From Octopus sinensis (taxonomy: Eukaryota), in assembly GCF_006345805.1 (NCBI RefSeq), contig NW_021826864.1:1-11811 (forward strand): a stretch of DNA of 11,811 nucleotides, written 5' to 3'. The translations under genes were made by a program, and so were the position numbers. Positions 8,980-11,811 of the stretch are shown here, in pieces. The stretch's first letter is position 1. Each line of letters begins with the position of its first letter. Under the pieces are notes generated by a model, which made no database searches, was not told where the DNA came from, and saw only the letters and a program-made list of their open reading frames with translations.

Positions 8980-9135
8980 CAACAAAATAGCAGCCAATTT
9001 TCCCTTAAATCACACTTTACACGGTGGATAATGCAGTCCTACTTTCCCAGTATATGAAAATTTTAAAAAATAGATTGGATGGTCACATTTGGAATGCCTT
9101 TCATCTTAGGTCCGATTGACCAGGGGCTGATCTCG
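8980..9135 (-). mobile_element. Dispersed repeat family B, near full-length, inverted relative to 8635-8815
   Basis: The reverse complement contains gatgaaaggcattccaaatgtgaccat (9105-9079) and gtgtgatttaagggaaaattggctgctattttgt (about 9015-8982). Confidence 0.75.
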
Positions 9136-9284
9136 GACTAGATATACAACACCAACAATCAGATGGGGTCCAACCAAGTACTCAATCCGGGTGACCAGAG
9201 CAGAGAGGCTGTGATATCCACGCATCTTTAACAATCATAACTGTTAGGGCAAGGAAGGACAGAGGTGCAATAATAGTATTTTTG

Positions 9285-9459
9285 TGTTGATGTTGTTGTT
9301 GTTGTTGTTGTCGTCGTCGTAGTGGTGGTGGTGGTGATGGCGAGGGTGGTGGTGATGACGGCGGCGTTCGTGGTGGTGTGCTAAAAGTAAGGGTGATAGT
9401 GAAGATTGTAGGATAGTAAATGTGATGGTGTAACAACAGCAGCAACAGCAGCAGCCAGC

Positions 9460-9515
<56 letters not shown>

Positions 9516-9520
9516 CACAG
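9285..9520 (+). repeat. Compound (GTT)n-(GTC)n-(GGT)n and (GCA)n-(GTA)n microsatellites
   Basis: Direct reading. Confidence 0.9.
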
Positions 9521-9748
9521 CAGCAGCTGATATTACCTCCCTGTCAAGCACCAACGTGTCCCTTTCAAAAAAAGAGTGGAATTCTTGTAAGGGGTTAAAT
9601 GTAGGGGGTTGTAAGGTGCAAGTTTGATATTTAAGTAAAAGATGACAGATGATGATCATGAAGAGGAGGAGGATGAGAAAGAGGGGGAAGAAGATGATGA
9701 TGATGACGGTGATGTTGGTGGTAGTGGTTGTCGTTTTTACTATTGTTA

Positions 9749-9850
9749 TTCATCCTTTCGGGTCGATAAAGTACCAGTTGCGTACTGGGGTCGATCTAAT
9801 CGACTGTTCCCCTCCACAAAAATTTCTGGCCTTGTGCCTAGATTAGAAAA
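9749..9850 (+). mobile_element. 5'-truncated copy of the same tRNA-derived SINE
   Basis: ttcatcctttcgggtcgataaagtaccagttgcgtactggggtcgatctaatcgactgttcccctccacaaaaatttctggccttgtgcctagattagaaaa matches the 3' halves of copies 1-4 and runs directly into (ATT)n. Confidence 0.88.
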
Positions 9851-9851
9851 G

Positions 9852-9865
9852 ATTATTATTGTTAA

Positions 9866-9938
<73 letters not shown>

Positions 9939-10004
9939 GTTATTGTTATTATTATTATTATCATTATTATTATTATTATTTTTATTATTATTATTATTGC
10001 TATT

Positions 10005-10005
<1 letters not shown>
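9852..10005 (+). repeat. (ATT)n tract, expanded SINE tail
   Basis: Begins immediately after the SINE 3' end. Confidence 0.95.
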
Positions 10006-10046
<41 letters not shown>

Positions 10047-10373
10047 ATAGAAATGATACTGATAGTGATGATGGAGATGATGATGCTGCTGCTGTTGCTG
10101 ATCGTCATCATGTGATTGGTGATGATGAAGATGAGTTGGCGATAACGATGAAAAGAAACGACAGCTTTAATGGCGGCGGCGGTGGGGGTGGGCAGGGGAG
10201 GAGTGACAGCAACGACGACGACGACGACCCCACCACCACCACCACCACCCCACTACCACCACCACCACACCTACCACTTTCACGACCATCATCACGAACA
10301 CGAACATCGTTACGACGATGAAAACTACAATGATGACGGCGATGAAGACGACGACAACGATGATGATGATGAC

Positions 10374-10419
<46 letters not shown>

Positions 10420-10471
10420 CGATGGTGGTGGTGGTAGTGGTGGTGGTGATGACGTCGACGATGACGACGAC

Positions 10472-10518
<47 letters not shown>

Positions 10519-10519
10519 C

Positions 10520-10569
<50 letters not shown>

Positions 10570-10600
10570 CGAAAGTGATGATGATGGCGGCAGTATGCTA
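10006..10600 (+). repeat. Compound (GTA)n, (GAC)n, (CCA)n and long (GAT)n microsatellites
   Basis: Direct reading. (GAT)n spans about 10330-10570. Confidence 0.93.
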
Positions 10601-10897
10601 CAGGTGGTGTTAGTGATGATAGTGGGGACGAGGAGGTGACTGTACGGAAGACTGAAAGGAAGCGAGAATGAAACAGAGTAAGAGTGAAAGGAAGGAAGGA
10701 AAGAAGGAAGGAAGGAAGGAAGGAAAGAGGTCAAAAATACAGTTCACTACTTCCATCGGGTTAGTTTTTTTTTTCTTCATGGTCAGCAACGCGCACACAC
10801 ACACTCATACACGCACACACATATTCGCACTTATACTTATGTATATATGTGTATGTGTGTATGCGTATATACTTGTATACATATATACATATATACT

Positions 10898-10941
<44 letters not shown>

Positions 10942-10953
10942 CATAAGGCAAAC

Positions 10954-11090
10954 ATAGTCAATCTTTTTCAAGAAGCGGGCCGCATGAAACATGGATCATC
11001 ATCAGATGGGCCGCACTATAACAAACATACATGGTAATTTCTCGATAGGCGTACCATTCAGAAAGACTCGCGGGCCGCATTTTGTCCTTG
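10954..11090. mobile_element. Possible non-autonomous hAT-type (Charlie/SPIN-like) MITE remnant
   Basis: Three GC-rich gggccgca repeats (gcgggccgcat 10975-10985, gggccgca 11008-11015, gcgggccgcat 11070-11080), preceded by gtcaatcttttt. This resembles hAT MITE subterminal repeats. No intact TIR pair or 8-bp TSD is visible. Confidence 0.4.
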
Positions 11091-11357
11091 ATTGGTCTAA
11101 TGTATGAAGACATATAAAATATTAAGGCTACATTAGTCTGTGCGTTTCTATGTCCGTATATTTCTGTGTTTGTGCACGTGACTCTATGAAAGTAAGCGGA
11201 AGCGACTTCATTTAAACACAGCGCCATATTCTGCCGGATATGGGTTTACCTAGCCACCTATATATATATACTTGTACTCTGTATACACACACCACACACA
11301 CCATAAACACACCGCATACATGTAAGTATCAATTATATATATATATATATATATATA

Positions 11358-11482
11358 TGTCCTATATTTCTGACGAAGAACTCCGCTCGAAACGTTAAAA
11401 ATCCTTCCTTCTTTCTTTCCTTTCCTGAGCGCCCAATAACACTATACTTGTTCCACGTCCTCGCATTGTTTTGTTTTCATAT
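11358..11482 (+). mobile_element. Penelope-like element (pLTR) fragment inserted in (TA)n
   Basis: Unique ~125 bp flanked on both sides by (TA)n. It begins with a CTGACGAAG...CGAAACG motif typical of PLE terminal repeats, followed by a pyrimidine-rich segment. Confidence 0.55.
11364..11401 (+). ncRNA. Minimal type I hammerhead ribozyme-like motif (degenerate)
   Basis: CUGACGA (11370-11376), extra A, stem II GAAC-ucc-GCUC with one mismatch, GAAA (11389-11392), palindromic AACGUU stem III and UH site. Stem I is only about 3 bp (uuu/aaa). Confidence 0.45.
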
Positions 11483-11550
11483 TTGGATTAACTATATATA
11501 TATATATCTATATATATATATATATCTATATATATATATATATATATATA

Positions 11551-11811
11551 TAGGTGTTGGACAAAATAATTGGAACACGTGTTATTCAATGAACATTTTT
11601 TTCAATATGGAGTTAGTCCTCCTTTAGCTTTCTGAACAGCTTCGATGCGTCCAGGAATTGTTTCATGCATCTTCCTGACTTCATTGAGAGGAATATTGAG
11701 CCAGTCTTCCTGCAAAACCTGCTCCAGCTGTTGCAGACACGACAGGGGAGGGGAACGACTTCTAACTTGTCACTCCAAATTGCTCCACAGATGCACAATA
11801 ATATTAAGATG
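11551..11811 (-). mobile_element. Tc1/mariner (Tc1, DD34E-type) transposon 3' end, truncated by the window edge
   Basis: TIR-like (t)aggtgttggacaaaataattggaacac abuts the (TA)n run (TA target). The transposase C-terminus is encoded on the minus strand. Confidence 0.92.
11602..11811 (-). pseudogene. Tc1 transposase C-terminal remnant
   Basis: Translation: HLNIIVHLWSNLE*QVRSRSPPLSCLQQLEQVLQEDWLNIPLNEVRKMHETIPGRIEAVQKAKGGLTPY*. This matches the Tc1 motifs LNxIExLW and IxAxGGxTxY*. It has an in-frame TGA (11772-11770) and V in place of the catalytic E (GTG, 11796-11794). Confidence 0.92.

Noticed and set aside
79-10961. Dozens of ORFs in the supplied track (poly-YI, CV, HT, S, T, D, H, L, M, I)
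   Set aside because: They are translations of di-, tri- and tetranucleotide microsatellites that lack stop codons in some frames. They show no domain-like sequence and no splice support.
11613-11798. ORF-track peptide MCICGAIWSDKLEVV...
   Set aside because: It is an alternative frame over the Tc1 transposase remnant. The real frame is the one with the internal stop.

Overview
Eukaryotic, almost entirely non-coding DNA with an extreme density of di-, tri- and tetranucleotide microsatellites and many decayed transposon fragments. The repeat families look like those I recall from coleoid cephalopod (Octopus-like) genomes; this is inference and was not checked against a database. Nearly all ORFs in the supplied track are artefacts of simple repeats. 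Supported content: (i) four head-to-tail, separately decayed tRNA-derived SINE copies (about 7660-8560) plus a 5'-truncated fifth copy with an (ATT)n tail (9749-10005); (ii) a second, bipartite ~190-bp dispersed repeat present about seven times, two copies forming an inverted pair (8635-9135); (iii) a right-end cluster with a possible hAT-type MITE remnant, a Penelope-like fragment carrying a minimal hammerhead-ribozyme-like core, and the dead 3' end of a Tc1 transposon; (iv) one plausible 122-nt coding exon on the minus strand (482-603) of an unidentified gene; (v) a degenerate motif recurring at ~750-bp spacing (4080-5725). I see no clear evidence of a wholly new biological system. The best leads are the hammerhead motif, the SINE tandem array, the inverted repeat pair and the orphan exon.
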